Virus record (IMG/VR): IMGVR_UViG_3300022074_000020
Location: 1-64,000 of that record
Origin: an uncultured virus (IMG/VR IMGVR_UViG_3300022074_000020)
Taxonomy: Duplodnaviria > Heunggongvirae > Uroviricota > Caudoviricetes > Kyanoviridae
DNA length: 64,000 nucleotides
Strand: one strand, 5' to 3'
In this document: positions 8,482 through 23,400 of the stretch, one piece after another
How the letters are laid out: each line of letters starts with the position of its first letter
Numbering within the stretch: the first letter of the stretch is position 1
Position numbers and translations under genes: made by a program
The notes under the pieces: model-generated
The model's input: only the letters and a program-made list of their open reading frames with translations
Told to the model about the DNA's origin: nothing
Database searches by the model: none

Positions 8482-11400
8482 ATGAACATTAATAAGGTTT
8501 CCCAGTCGATTGAGTCTCAATCACCAGACTTTATTGGATCAGAATATCCTCTGTTTAATAAGTTTCTTGAGTATTATTACAAATCTCAAGAGAAGACTGG
8601 TTTAGGGCAAAATATACTTAATAACTTCCTCCAGTATCTTGATATCGACAAACTTGATATCGGTATCCTAGATGGTGCGACAACGCTTGTAGAAGCGATT
8701 ACAGACAGTTCAGATAAGATTGTTGTTGAGAGTATCAACCCGTTCCTAGAAACGAATGGGTCTATTCTAATTGGCGATGAAGTCATATATTATGAAGGTG
8801 TAGATAAATCTCCAGAAATCTCACTTTCCCCAGGTATTTCATATGAACAGGTAAAACTTAAGTGGACTACTCTTGCTAGTCTTATCAACAGTTTTGATGG
8901 TACCACTACATCATTTGCAATAACATCTCAAGACAGTCCAATTGCTCCCCCTTCAGCACAGCATTTGGTTGTTTCTTTGTATGGTAATATTTTAGTTCCA
9001 AATATTGATTATACAGTTAGCGGATCAAATATTGTATTCACTACTGCACCTAGAACAAAAATTCCTGCTGATGATGCAGGTTCAACTTATATCTTCTATC
9101 TCAGCGGTTTTGTTGAGAACACCATTTATGGATTGGACAATCTGTCTGGTGCTTTTGGTGATGGTAAGAAGCAGTTCAGTCTAACTCGTAATGGAGTTAA
9201 GTATGAACCAGAAGTTGAAGAGTATTTGAATGTAATTTATGATAATCGTCTCTTAGTTCCTAAAGTTGATTACTTTATTGATGAAGACCAGTTTGTATTT
9301 AAAGTAGCACCCCTTAACGGTCGTTTCTTATCAATTTATTCAATTGAGGCACCCATCCCGTCTTTCGGTAATGGTGCAGTTGGTTTTTCTCGTATTAATG
9401 ATAATGGACTTTTAACAAGTGTTTCATCTAGTGCTATTGGTACTGGATATCGCTTTGAATATCCTCCTCAAGTTAGCATTGACTCTGAGCAAGGTTCAGG
9501 TGCTGCTGCAACTGCCCTTGTCAATGGTTTGAAGTCAATCACCCTACTAGAGGGTGGAAGGGGTTACAGTTCGACTAACCCTCCTGTTGTGCAGGTTCAA
9601 TCTCCTACCAAAACTGGTTCTAGTCAAGCAACTATTAATGCAACGGTTGTTGACGGTGCAGTTACTGCGCTGAATATTAGCAACTCTGGTTCTGGTTATA
9701 CTTTTACTCCTAGAATTACTTTTGTTCAACCTGGTGGTGCAAAACTAGGTACTCCTGTAATTACTAATGGTCAAGTTACTTCCATTCCTGTTACTGATGG
9801 AGGTTTTGGTTATACTACTGCTCCAACTGTTTATATTGACGAATCAACTGGTTCAAACCCAATTAAGGCAGCATTGAGAGCAAATCTTACTGATGGTAAG
9901 GTTACCAGCATTACAATTTTGAATGCAGGGCAAGGATATACTACTACACCTAGGGTTGCTATTATTGACCCTGTAGGTGCACAGGTATTAGAAACTATTG
10001 TTGATGGTGATGGGCGTGTTATTAGAGTTGATCTACTGAATGGTGGCAGCGGATATGATGATGTGCCTTCAGTCTACATTGTAGATAATAGAACTAACGG
10101 TGGTACTGGTGCGACTGCAGTTGCTTCTATTTTCAACGGTCAAATCACTGATCTTAATATTAATGCCTTTGGTAGCGGTTACTCTGCTGCAAATCCTCCA
10201 GAGATTGTAATTCAAGCACCTCCTCAAGCAAAAGCATCTGTTGAAATTGGTCTTAATGAAGTTACAGGTTTCGTAGTTACTGAGTCAGGTAAAGGATACA
10301 ATAAGGCAGCATTTACTGGATGTGCGAGAGCAGCATCTGGTATTACTAAGTACACTGAAACAGGTAATGCAGTATTCAGTAATAACACTGTAGCAGCATC
10401 TGCAACGGTTGGTTCAAGCGTTAAGTGTTTAGATGCGCTATTTGTTAAGAGACTACTAGACAAGTATACAGAACAGTTCTTACCTGATGTTCCAGAACTT
10501 GACTACTCTAAGATTGATGTTCGTACATCGATCAAAACTATTAAAGATTTTTATTCATCTAAAGGTACTTCGTTCAGTATTGCTTATCTGTTCAAGTTAC
10601 TTTATGGTGAAACTGTTACGGTCACATATCCAAAAGACCAAATCATCAAACCCTCTGCAGCAACTTGGTCTATCGACACAATTTTGCGTGCAACCCTAGT
10701 AAGTGGTAATGCTGATAATATTAGAGATGGTTTGTTAACTCAAGAAGCAGATATTGCAGATCCTAACGTAACTGCTGCAAGTGCCTTAGTTGAAAACTAT
10801 ATTTCAATCAAAACCTCTGATGTAGAGATTTTTGAACTTGTTCTCTCAGAAGAAACTATTGTTGGGACGTTTACCGTACCATATAAGACAAAACTTGCTG
10901 AACCTCTTAATACAACCGATTCAATCATTACGGTTGACTCTACAATTGGTTGGCCAGAACGAAATGGTGAATTTGTTATTGGTGGTGGTACAACAACTGA
11001 ACTTGTACAGTATAAAGAGAAATCACTCAACCAGTTCATCGAATGTACTCGTTCTGCAAACGGTATTGTAGAAGACTGGGATTCTGCAACTCAAGTTGCT
11101 TCTAACTTCACGGTATATGTGAATAGAGGAACTCCTCAAGAAGTAGTACTGAATGTTGTTGGTATTGTTGATGCACAGCAAACTGTTCTTACTGACACTG
11201 GTTCATACTACCTACCTGGTGATAAACTCACTGTGTCTAAGTTAGGTGGAACTAGTATTGATCCTCATTTAACTACATGGTTATATAACGTCAAAAAACT
11301 TATCAATGTTTCCACAGTTACCTTTGGAGGCGTTAATAATAGATTTGCAACTATTACTTGTTCAAACAATCACGGTTTATTGGTTGGTGATCAGGTTACA

Positions 11401-14400
11401 GTTTATGGTGCAAACCCAATCATCTATAATGGCACATTCCTTGTAACATCTAGGGATAGTGCAACAGTATTCCAATATCAGTTACCCCAACCCGCAACTG
11501 TGGTACCACAGGGTAATATCCTAGTATCTGTTGACTTGAACAAAGGTAAGTCTACAAGTAGTGCTGTATTGAATGCTATTGGTCCTTATACGACTAACGT
11601 TCAAAACTCATTCTTCAATACAAACTATGCATACCTAGCATCTACAGGTATTCCAAACTATAATATTGGTCCTTTCCCAGGATCTGCTCTACTTCCAGGA
11701 AACCAACGTAAGTTGAATCGTTTCCCGATTACTTCTACAACAATTTCTACAAAGAACACCGTTTCTCCAGGTCCTATCGGAACTTGGGTTAATGGCGTTT
11801 CTATCTGGTCTTATAAGTCAACTCTCAAGAAAACCTTTGGTGCTGTAACTAGCGTTGCTATTACAAATGCAGGTAAAGAATATGATGCTGCATCTCCACC
11901 AGTATTAACTATCAGTGGTGGCGGAGGAACTGGTGCAACTGCTGCGGTTGTTGTTAACGGTTCTGTTAATGAAATTACTGTATCTACAGGGGGTTCTGGG
12001 TTTACTTCTTCTCCTCTAGTCTCTATCGTTGGTGGAGGCGGTTCTGGAGCGTCTGCAACTGCTATTATTACAAAAGGGGTTGTTTCTAGAATTCTAATCA
12101 ACTCAGGTGGTACTGGATACACCTCACAACCTTCTATTACTGTTGTTGGTGGCGGTGGTACTGGTGCTGCAGCAACTGCATCTGTTCGTGGTCCTATTCA
12201 GTCTGTTTCTGTTGGATCAGGTGGTATTTCTTATACTTCTACTCCTACTGTATCGTTAAGTTCTGGTAGTGGTGCTGTTGCACAAGCAATTGTACAGAAT
12301 GGTCGTATTATTTCGATCGCTATCATTTCTGCAGGTTCTGGATACACAACTGCTCCCGAAATTACTATTCAGGGTGAAGGTTTTGGTGCTGTTGCTAGAG
12401 CATCTATTGATACTGATGGTGAAAACGCAGGTAGAGTTACAAGCATTACTATTGTTAACCGAGGTATTGGATATCTTCAAGGAACAACTATTATTAACCT
12501 GAACTCTGTTGGTTCTGAAGCAACTTTCACTGCAAACGTATTTGAATGGACTTATAACTTACAATCAACTACTACATTTGATGCTGCTAAGGGTTCTGTC
12601 TTTGAAGGATTTAATAATCAGTATGGTGGTGAGTATGCTCACTTATCAAACCCTCAAACACTAAGATATATTCTTGGTGACAACTTATTTGAAAATACAT
12701 CAGGCGTAATCAAAGAAAAGGAAGACGGTTTAATACACTCTCCTATTATTGGTTGGGCATTTGATGGTAACCCAATTTACGGTCCTTATGGTTACTCCGA
12801 TCCTACTGATCAGTCATCTGCGATTCAAAAACTTAATACTTCATATAGATTAAAGACAAATCTTGTTTATAATGTAGATTCTAACCCAAATCCTGTTAGA
12901 ACAGCAGGTCCTTTACTATCTGCTGAGGCAGCAGGTAAATTTGTTGAAGACTATGAGTATGTGTTCGGTCTTGGTGCATTAGATCAGTATAACGGTAGAT
13001 TCTGTAAGACTCCTGAGTATCCCGAAGGTAGATATTCTTACTTCGTTACTATTGATGCAACTGACGATGGTAATCCATTATTCCCTTATGTTATGGGTCC
13101 TAGTTTCAACTCTGTTGTTGATTCTTGGAACTTGAATGCTGATGCTGTACAACAAAATATTCCAGAAGGTGTTGTTAGATATCGTGACCCTTATGAGAAT
13201 GTTGATATTGACGTTGAGAGGGCACCTAATGCTTCTACAAACGCTCTAACACTAGAGAATGGAGATGTATTACTATTTGATATAGAAGACGAAGATAGAA
13301 GTGGTGTTATTGAAGCGGATGAGATTGCTGATCCTGATCAGGTCTTTGAAGAGTCACCATTACAGTTATTTGATTACTTCCCCAAAGTCAAGTTTGACTC
13401 TAAGGTTGATATTGAAGTTGAAACAACTACTAAGTTTGAAGATGCTTCTGTAACTGGATTTACAGTTGAAAACCCAGGTATATCTTATCAGGTTAATGAT
13501 AGACTAATCTTTGACAATACTGATACTGATGGTAGTGGTGTTTCTGCTCGTATTTCTAGAATTAAAGGTGAAGCGGTTGAAGCATATACATTTGAAAATG
13601 TAAGTGGTAATAACTTCGGTGTTCTTACCACAGTCAATCCTCATAACCTACAACCAGGTGACAGCGTATTTGTTGACTACACTCCTGTCATGGACAGCAC
13701 TAATAAAACATTTGTTGTTCGTCAATTTAAAGGTATTGAAGAGATTGTAGTTAATCAAACTGGATCTGGTTATAATACTGATATTCCTCCTACTATCATT
13801 ATCGATGGTAATGGAACTGGCGGTAGACTTGAAGCAGTTGTAACTTCTGTTGGTTCTATTGAAAATGTCAATATTATCAACTCTGGTTATGGATACACAA
13901 GCAATCCTAGAGTTATCCTTTCACATCCTCAAGTTTTCAAAAAAGCAGACTACTATGTCGCTAAGTTTACTAATAGAAACTATGTGAGGATCAGTGATGT
14001 ATACATTAATGATTCTAAAGAAACTTATATTTGCGGTAAAACTTATGATGCTGCATCTAATGATGTTGCATTCATTGCAAAACTCTCTGCTACGGGTGTT
14101 AAGGAATGGGAAGCATCCTTAGAACTTCCAGGTGGTCAACAAGACTCTGAATTCCTCAAATTATATGTTGATGGTAAGAGTATCTGGGTTGTTGGTCAAA
14201 ATAGTCCAAATAGTGCTATTCTTTCCTCTTATAACCCTGATGTTATTCTTTGTAAGTATACTGAAGCAGCAAACGGACTAAGTGCAGCATTAACCTTCCA
14301 AAAAGGTTATGCAGGTATCTCTGGTTCTACTCGTGGTGACTTTATCACTGCTATTAAGAAATACTCTGATACTAGATTCATTATTGGAGGATATACCAAT

Positions 14401-17400
14401 ACTAACTCTGGTGCACCGTATGATGCTTTCATTGCATCTATCGATACTAGTGGTAACTTTGCAATCAAGAGAAAGATTGCATCTTCTAACAAATCGGAAA
14501 AGATTACTGATATTGTTATCGATGGAACAGACGTTTATGCATCTTTAGAACTTGCTGCTACTCAATCTAACGCAGATATCGATACTGGTGTTGCTAAGAT
14601 TGCTTTTGGTGTCAATACTATTACTGTAACTTGGATCAAGCAATTTACTAATAGTCTGTATTCTATTATGGATACTAGTCTTGCTATTGATGAATTCAAA
14701 GAACTTTATGTTACTGGTGGTCTAAGACTTAAGTCAGACGATACTACTAGAGATAGTTTCTGGGTTGGTAAGATTGATACAGATGGCACATTTATCTGGA
14801 ACTATCGCTATCTTGCTCCAACTGGAGGATCTATTACTGTTACTCCTAGTTCTGCAATTGATATCTTTGGTGATTTAAACATTGCGTTTACTAGCATCAA
14901 TAATACCAATACTTTACCTACAGTTGATACTGTTAAGATTGGTTATGACGGAAAAATTAAAAATCATACGACTAACCAATTTACACAAAACAATACTGAG
15001 GGTATTACTGCTTACTCTGTTGATGTTGATAACTCTGGTGATATTAATATTGTTGGACAAACTCAATGGAATAGAAACGAGTTTATCTTCCCCTTCACTG
15101 GAGGATCTCAAGTTGATACAACCAGTCACTACACATTAACTTCTACATCAACAAGCAACTCTATCACTTATGCCAATGATGTTGCTAAGATCCATGGTTA
15201 TGCAGATGGTCAAACTACTTGGACTCAAGGTAATCTTCAAATTACTTCTGCTCAATTAGGAGCAAGACTTAATAGTGACTTCACTGTTGAGATGATGGTT
15301 TATAAAGATACTAATACATCAAGTTTAACTGGTGGTAGTATCACTCAACATACTCTTCTTGCTATCGGTGATGCTGAAGAGGCAACTGGTGCTCTTTGGT
15401 TATATTATGACGTAAGTAGCGGATACTTAGAACTTGTTGTAACTAACGGATCTACTAAACTCAATAGTGCATCTGGTGCAGGACAGTCCTCCCTCAACAA
15501 TATGTTTGCCGACAACACTTGGCAATTCATTGGATTGAAGAGAGAAGGTAATATCTTTACTGTTTATGTGAATGGAATTCAAGCGATTCAATCTACAGTT
15601 CCTTCTACTGCTCTTGGTAGTAAGCATCTTTATGTTGGTCAGATCCCTGGTAGATCTGGTAGTGCAGGTAACTTTAGAATCAATGAGCAAGGTCAGTTCC
15701 ATGTTGATAACTTTAGATTAAGAAACAGAGCGATTACTCCTTCTGTTCCTTCTGATGTTAGTGCATTCCCATCTGCAGGTGGATTTGGTTTCCAATACAC
15801 TTGGACTGATACTGCATGGTTCACTACTAACCTTAACAGATATGATCTGATTGATTATGATGGATTCTCACTTAAAATTGATAAGAATGCTGATGCTGCA
15901 AGAATCGGTACAGTTTCTACTCAAACTAATACTCAACTAGGATTTACTAGAACTGCTGTTACTCCTGTAACTGGTAGTACTCTTACAATGCAGAATACTG
16001 GTTATGCTTTATCTGAGGCAGGATTCCAATCTCTTGACTTTGATGATGCTACAATCAATATGACTCCTGCAACTGAGACTCTTACTTATACTCAGGATGT
16101 TTGGAGTTCTAGAACTGCAACTGTTCCTTCTCCTGGATCTCAGAAACTTAATGTATCTGCTGTTGTTAAAGACAGATATTTCTTCAAGGTTACTCCTACA
16201 ACTAAGATTGATAACATTCAAGAGTTAACGATAAATCAGGCATTTAGGTTTACTGTTGGTAGTAAGTTACGTCTAAACAACGATTCTGGGTCATTTGTCA
16301 ACAGCGGTTATATCGTAAGAGTTGATGATGCAAATAATAAAGTATATCTTGCTGTAAACAATAATACATGGACAGATGATACTGCTACTGGAAACTTAGT
16401 AACTGAACAGTTTAGTGAGCAATCAACTTATGGTATTGTTGGACCTATTCCAAATGATATCAACGTTATTGAGGGTTATACATTCCCATTAGTTAATAAT
16501 ACAACTCCAGGAACTTTTGATATTGATCTTGACAAGTATAACTTAGATGGTACTTACAACGCAGCAGGTAGTCAAAATCTTGACTCATTTGCTAAATTCA
16601 AACCATTTGCAACTATTGATTACTCTGTAAGAATCGATGAAGTATCTGGTTCTTCCCCATTCATTGTTGGTTCTGTTGTACAACTGACTTCTAGTGATAT
16701 CTCATTCAATGCAGCATATAGCACAACAACGATAACAAACTTAACTGGCGTAACCAAAATTACATTAGTTGCTAATCTTGATAAGATCTTGCAAGTTTCT
16801 TCTGTTGCAAACAGTGATGAAGTTTACGTTATTACAAGTACTAGTCATTACCTTTCTGTAGGAGACGTAATTTATGTTGATGGTAACCCATCTCAGACTG
16901 TAGGTAGTGTTGTATACGATGAATATGATGGTGCGTTCCCTGTTGATCGTGTTATCAGTCCTCTTGAATTCACTTATAAGTTAAATCAAGCAGCAATTAC
17001 TTCACCTGCCACATCTGCAGGTAGTGTAAACATCTTTATGAAGTCTCCGACTTTGAAGATGTACTATGGTCACCAATATATCTTTGACTTAAGTCATTCT
17101 TCACTTGTTGGTGGTAACCTTTCCTTTGCTAAGGATAGTCTATACAAACTTGAATATTCATTCAACTCTATTGAAAGGGTTGGAACCCCTGGTGTCACTG
17201 GAGCAGGAGCACCTACTCCATCTGTGAAACTAAAAGTTGACCCAACAATTGTTACTAATATTTCTTACTACTTTGACCCTTCTAGAACTGGTTCTGATTC
17301 TCCTGTTGTGCCTGGTAGTTACCTCGATGTTGTAGACTCTCCATATAAGGGAAACTTTGAGATTTCCTCTATTGCAGGTCAGACTATTACTCGTGGTGCT

Positions 17401-20400
17401 GATATTATCAAGTTCCCTCTTCTTAACGAACCAGAGGGTGCTGCTGATATCAACCAAGCAAGTTATGCAACTTCTTCCTTAAGAGCAGTTGGATCAATTA
17501 ACGCTGTTCGTATTGTAAACCCAGGTGGTTTCTATACTAGATTACCTATCGTTTCTAGCATTCAATCAACTAGACAGATTGAAAGAGTTCAAATTAATGA
17601 TCCTGGAACTGAATATGCTGTTGGACAATACACCAGTGTACCTATTACAGGTGACGGTGAAGGTGGATTTGTTACTATTAATGTTGCTGATGGACAAGAT
17701 GCCAATGGCGTAACTATCCCTGGTCAGATTCAACTAGTAACTGTTACATCTCCTGGTAAAGGATACACTACAGCAAGTATTGATATTGAGTCAGTGTCTG
17801 GTATCTTAGGATCTGGTTTGACTGGATCTGGTGCTGAAGTTGTAGTTGTTATCCCACCATTCGGTTCTGGTGCATCTATCTTCACTCAAGGATCTAGTGT
17901 TGGTAAGATTAAGAAACTTAAAAATAATAACTTTGGTTATGACTATCCTCATGACTACACATTACGTCCTGAGATTACATTCCCAATCAATGCTCAGTTA
18001 ACATCTACAAGTATTCTCGATAGTATTACAGTTACCGATCCTGGTACTGGATATTCTCAAGCACCTGCTGTTGTCATCACTGGAGGTGGTGGTAGTGGTG
18101 CTATTGCAGAAGCAACAACTAAGAACGGTCGTCTTGATACTATTATTGTTAAAGATCCTGGTGCAGGATATTCTTCAACTCCTACTGTATCACTAAGATC
18201 TTCATTCAACTATGTTGTTAACCTTGACTTGGGACTCTTACAGTTCGCTTTCCCACATGGTATTACAAACGGATCTGCTGTCACACTGAATGTTGTTGAC
18301 ACTGGAGACGGTGTTGCATATCCTCTATCTGCAGGTGCTGTTGGTAGATTGAATGGAACTACTACTTACTATGCTATTGCAGGTTCTGCTAACTCTCTTG
18401 AAAATGATCAATTAAAACTCGCGATTACTTCTGCTAACGCTGCACTTGGTGATGCATTGGCATATGTAAACGCAGGTACAGGTCGTCAACAGGTTCTTAC
18501 CGAATCATTTGGTGGTGCTGCTACAGCAAACGTTGTTACATCTACTTTCTTAGAAGGAGAACTTGTATATCAAGGTGAATCTTTATCTACTTCAACTGCA
18601 ACTGGATATGTTTCTACTAACGCAGGTTGGCAAGTTGGACCTAGAGTTCTTAAGATTGTTGACTATACTGGAGAGTTCTCTACTGGTCAAAGAATCACTG
18701 GTGTGATTTCTAAGTCTTCTGGTATCATGACTGATATCAAAGTTGCTAAAGGTGTTCTTGAGATTGGTTCTGTCACTAAAACTACAGGTCAGTTTATCGA
18801 TGACGTTGGTAAACCATCTGAGATTATTCAGAAGATTCAAGATAGTTACTATTATCAAGACTTCTCATATGCTGTTAAGTCTGCTGTTTCTATTGGTGAA
18901 TGGAAAGAGATTCTTATCAAGAACGTTCACCCCGCATCATTCAAAGTATTTGGTGAGTTAGATCTCAATGATTATGGATTTATTCCTAATAAAGAGACAT
19001 TCTTCCAGTTAACTAAGTCTGTTGAACTTGCAAGAGATGCAATTGTTCCTAATATTCAAAACTTTGCTCTTGTTGAACCTGTTTACTCTGAGTTCAATAA
19101 TACTGAAGTACTATTCAGACAAAAACGACTAACTTCTTCTGAGAACATTCTAACTTCTGTTGTACAGAGACTTGATGATATTTCTAGTCAGTTTGATGGT
19201 CAAAAGATTTCCTTCCCTCTAACTGTTGATGGTAACAACGTTGTTGCGAATGCTAACCAGTTGATGATTGTTCTTAATGGTGTTGTTCAAACTCCAGGAA
19301 CTGCATTTGAGATTCAAGGTGATTCAGTTGTCTTTGCAGAACCACCTCAACCTCCTGCAAGTGTTAAGTATGTAAACGTTTCTATCAATCAGATTGCAAC
19401 TGTTGCTCTAACATTCAATAATATCAGTGGTATTTTCCCAACTGCAGGTATGACCGTAGTTGGCACATCGTCTCAGGCAAGATTGACTGTTACCACTGTT
19501 GTTGGTAATACTATCAATGGTTTCATCACTCAAGGAACATACACTATCGGTGAACTAGTAACTGTTGGTGCAACTGGTTTTGCTGCTAACGTTGCTACTG
19601 TAACTAGCATTTCTAATATCGGTCTGTTTGTCTTCGGTGAAAACATTACGAACCTTACAGGCGATACTGCAAAAGTTGAACAAATTAACCTCGCCAGCGG
19701 TGCAGAAACTCCACTTGCTCAGTTACGATACACCATCGGTGCAGCGACTACAACTATTGAGATGGTTGCATACAAGACAGATAATACTGGTACTGACTAT
19801 CAAGTCACTGCAGGTGTGTTTGTTGCAGCAACTAACTATCAATTAGGATCTGAAATCTTCAGAGTAGATTCTGTTACTCAAAATACTGACTCAACAACTC
19901 TTGTTATAACCAGAGGTCAGAACGGAACTACACCAGTTTCTCATCAAGAAGATGCTCCTAGTTACAGTACTGACATTTCTATTACTAATGCACTTACATT
20001 AAGTAAGATTGCAGGTACTTATCAATCAACACCTGGATTATTCGATATTCAGTTAAATGATGTTATTATTGGTGCACAGTCTGGTGTTGTTGCTCGTGTT
20101 ACCCAAACTTCAACCTACCAAGATCCTACAACTCAAGAGTTTATTGGTCAGGTTAACATTTCCGAAGGTTCTTCCTTCTTTGGATTACTATTCAACAGAA
20201 TCACTTCTCAGACATATCCGAACGTCGTTCTTGATGATATCTCCAAGTCTCAGATTGGTATTGTTGATTTCACTGACAACAGTACTGCATTCGATAGTAG
20301 TTTCCCTGCTAATGAGCAAATAAACAACTATGTCATTCCTTATGATAACTTAACTGGTACATTCCAAGAGAATGAGTATATTCGTAACTATAAGATTGAA

Positions 20401-23400
20401 TATGGTAATAACCAAGGTGAATTCCTTCCTACAGAATCTGCTAAGATCAGAAAACTTACTTTCACTGACAGAATCGGTTCTGGATTCTTCCAAGCAGGTC
20501 AAATTATTAGATCTAGAGATACTAAGGCAGAAGTTATTGGTGCAAACTCTGCACGTTCTACTATCTTCCTCGGTAAGGTTGGTAGATCACAGCGTGGTGG
20601 TTTAGATTATAATATTCCAACTTGGGAAGGTGAAGCACAGATTGATACTTCAACTAAGAAGTTTGGTACTGCATCTCTTCTTTTAGGTAGAGCAAATCAT
20701 ACTCACACATTTGTAAGTGGCGTTGCTAATGCCATCCAAGCATCAAACGGTGCTACTTCTACACATACTGCTGTAGCGGGTACGACTTATGATCCTGAGG
20801 CAGGAACATTAGTCATCAATATTGGAACCCATAGTTTGACTACAAGTAATAAAGTTACTATTGCTGACGGTGGTTTAACCTTTACTTGTACTGCTGATAG
20901 CAATACAACAAATCATCCATATCCAAGATCAACTGATCCTGCGTCTGGACAAGCATTAACAATCTCTGCGGTAACTTCAAATACGATTACTGTAGATGTT
21001 GGTGTTGCACAAGTTTCTTTAGATTACTTAAGTGTTGATTCTAGCAGTGATTTTGCATGGGGAACTGCAGGATATACTATTGAACTTTATATCAAGGCAG
21101 CAGCATCCTCTATCAGTGGTATTCATTCTATCCTTGACTTTAGAACAGCATCCACTGATGCTGCAGGTCATCTCTACTTAAATGCAGGACAAGTTCGTTA
21201 TAACGTAAGTAACTCTGATGTTGTAACTTCTGGTGCAACTACGATTGCTCAAGATACTTGGACTCATATCGTTGTTCAAAGAACTTCTACTACTGTTAAG
21301 ATCTTCATCAATGGTGCTGAAGCAGGAACTGGAACTGATAGCACTAACTATGCTGCCAAACCATTTGTTCTTGGTGCATCTTATGCCCTTGGAAATGCAT
21401 TCTATGGTCATATCGACGAACTTAGATTGAGTGCTACTACTCGCTATTCTACTATTCCGTTTACTCCTGTAAATGGTATTTTCCAAGGTGATACTAATAC
21501 TAAGATTCTATGGCACTTTGATGGTGCTGATAAGCAAGTATTCTTAGAAGACTGGTCTGGTACTCAAGATTTCACTATCAACGAATACATTAATAACGAT
21601 GCAATCCGTGCAACTGCTAGATTGATCGGTGGTGTTCATAAATTTGTTTCTGCATCGAGTAATGCAGTATCTGTAACTGGATCAAGTAGTTTCACTCCAA
21701 CTGCAGTTGATTATGATGCAATTACAGGTTCGATGGAAATTAATATCGGATCTCATAGTTATACAACATCTGATACTATCACGATTGCTGCAAACTCTTT
21801 AACCTTCACTTGCTCGAAAGATAATCATGCTACTCAGCATACTTATCCTCGTCTGACTGATCCTTCTTACGGTGCAACCCTTGCTATCACTGCAGTTACA
21901 GGAACTACAATTACTGTCAACGTTGGTGTTGCGAGCAGAGGATTCAATAAAAAGACACACAGATATATCAATGCTGCTGATAACCTCATCTTAAATAAAG
22001 ACTTCATTGCTCAAGAAGCAGTGTATATCATGAAGGAACGTTATCCTTACTTCACTGTTCTTGGTGGAGAAGTTAACTGTGAAGATGATGTTAAAGACAT
22101 TGTAAGTGCAATGATTGAAGACTTTAGAAATGGATCTAACAGTCACATTTGGGATGCTGCTGCACTTTATGTTAATAGAACTACAAACCCAATCACTCTT
22201 CTACATGTTTCCGATGATCTAGTAGAATCTCTGTATGTATTGGAGACTGTTGGTAAACTACTTAAGTATGTTATCACTAACACTCCATGGGATGTTCAAG
22301 GTGATCATGGTTTCACTCAGAAGTTTGATTCTACAATTACTGAGTCTGACTACCTTTCACAATCAGTAACTCAGTTTACTGCAACAGGGGCAACATATAA
22401 TCCTGCTACTGGTGACATGGTTATCACCTCTAGTGGTCACAACTTAGTAAGTGATACTACTATCACAGCATCCAATGCAACTTATAATGCTACAACTGGT
22501 ATATTGGTCATCACTTCTAATGGTCATAACTTAGAAAATGGTGATAGTATTCAACTTGCTGATAATTCATTGACATTCACATGTACAATGGATGGCAATT
22601 CTACAAACCATACCTATCCAAGACCTAACGATCCTGCTGCTTTAGGTTGGTTAGAAGTTCAGAATAAGACTACAAATACTTTTGAACTAAATGTAGGTAA
22701 GTCACCTACTGTTAACTATCAACCAACAGGTGCAACTTACGATCCTTCAACTGGTATCGCTGTTCTAACACTTCCTAATAATAACTTGGAAGTTGGTCAG
22801 TCAATTAAGATTACACAAGATTCATTGACCTTCTCTAGAGCAACTGGTGGAAATGGAACTCTTCCTGCTTCTGATAAGATTGTTTCTATCACACAAAATG
22901 GTGTAACATCAACTGCTACAGGAGCATCTTATGATCCTGCAACTGGTGTTTTACAAATCACTCAGAATGCTCATGGATTTGTTGTAGGAGATAAGATCAG
23001 AATTGCTGATAATTCACTCTCATTCACCTGCACTAAAGATGGTAATCATGAGACTAAGACTTATCCTCGTTCCACTGATCCTTTCTCTGGAAGATTCTTA
23101 AGAATCTCTGCTAAGACAGACAATACATTTACAGTTAATGTTGGTCCTTCTGCTGCTGCAGATCAATATGCTCATACTTTCGTATCTGCATCTGCAAATG
23201 GAATCATTAAGAAGAACAATACTATCACGGTTGACATTGGAACTGATTCCAATACAAGCACACATACATTTGCAAGTGCAACCTCCAGTGCAGTCGTTTC
23301 TGGTGGTAACTACACTCACACCTTCGTATCTGCAACTTCAAATGGTATAACTAAAGCAGGTGACGCAGTATTCCTTGCTGACGGTGCTATATCCTTTACT

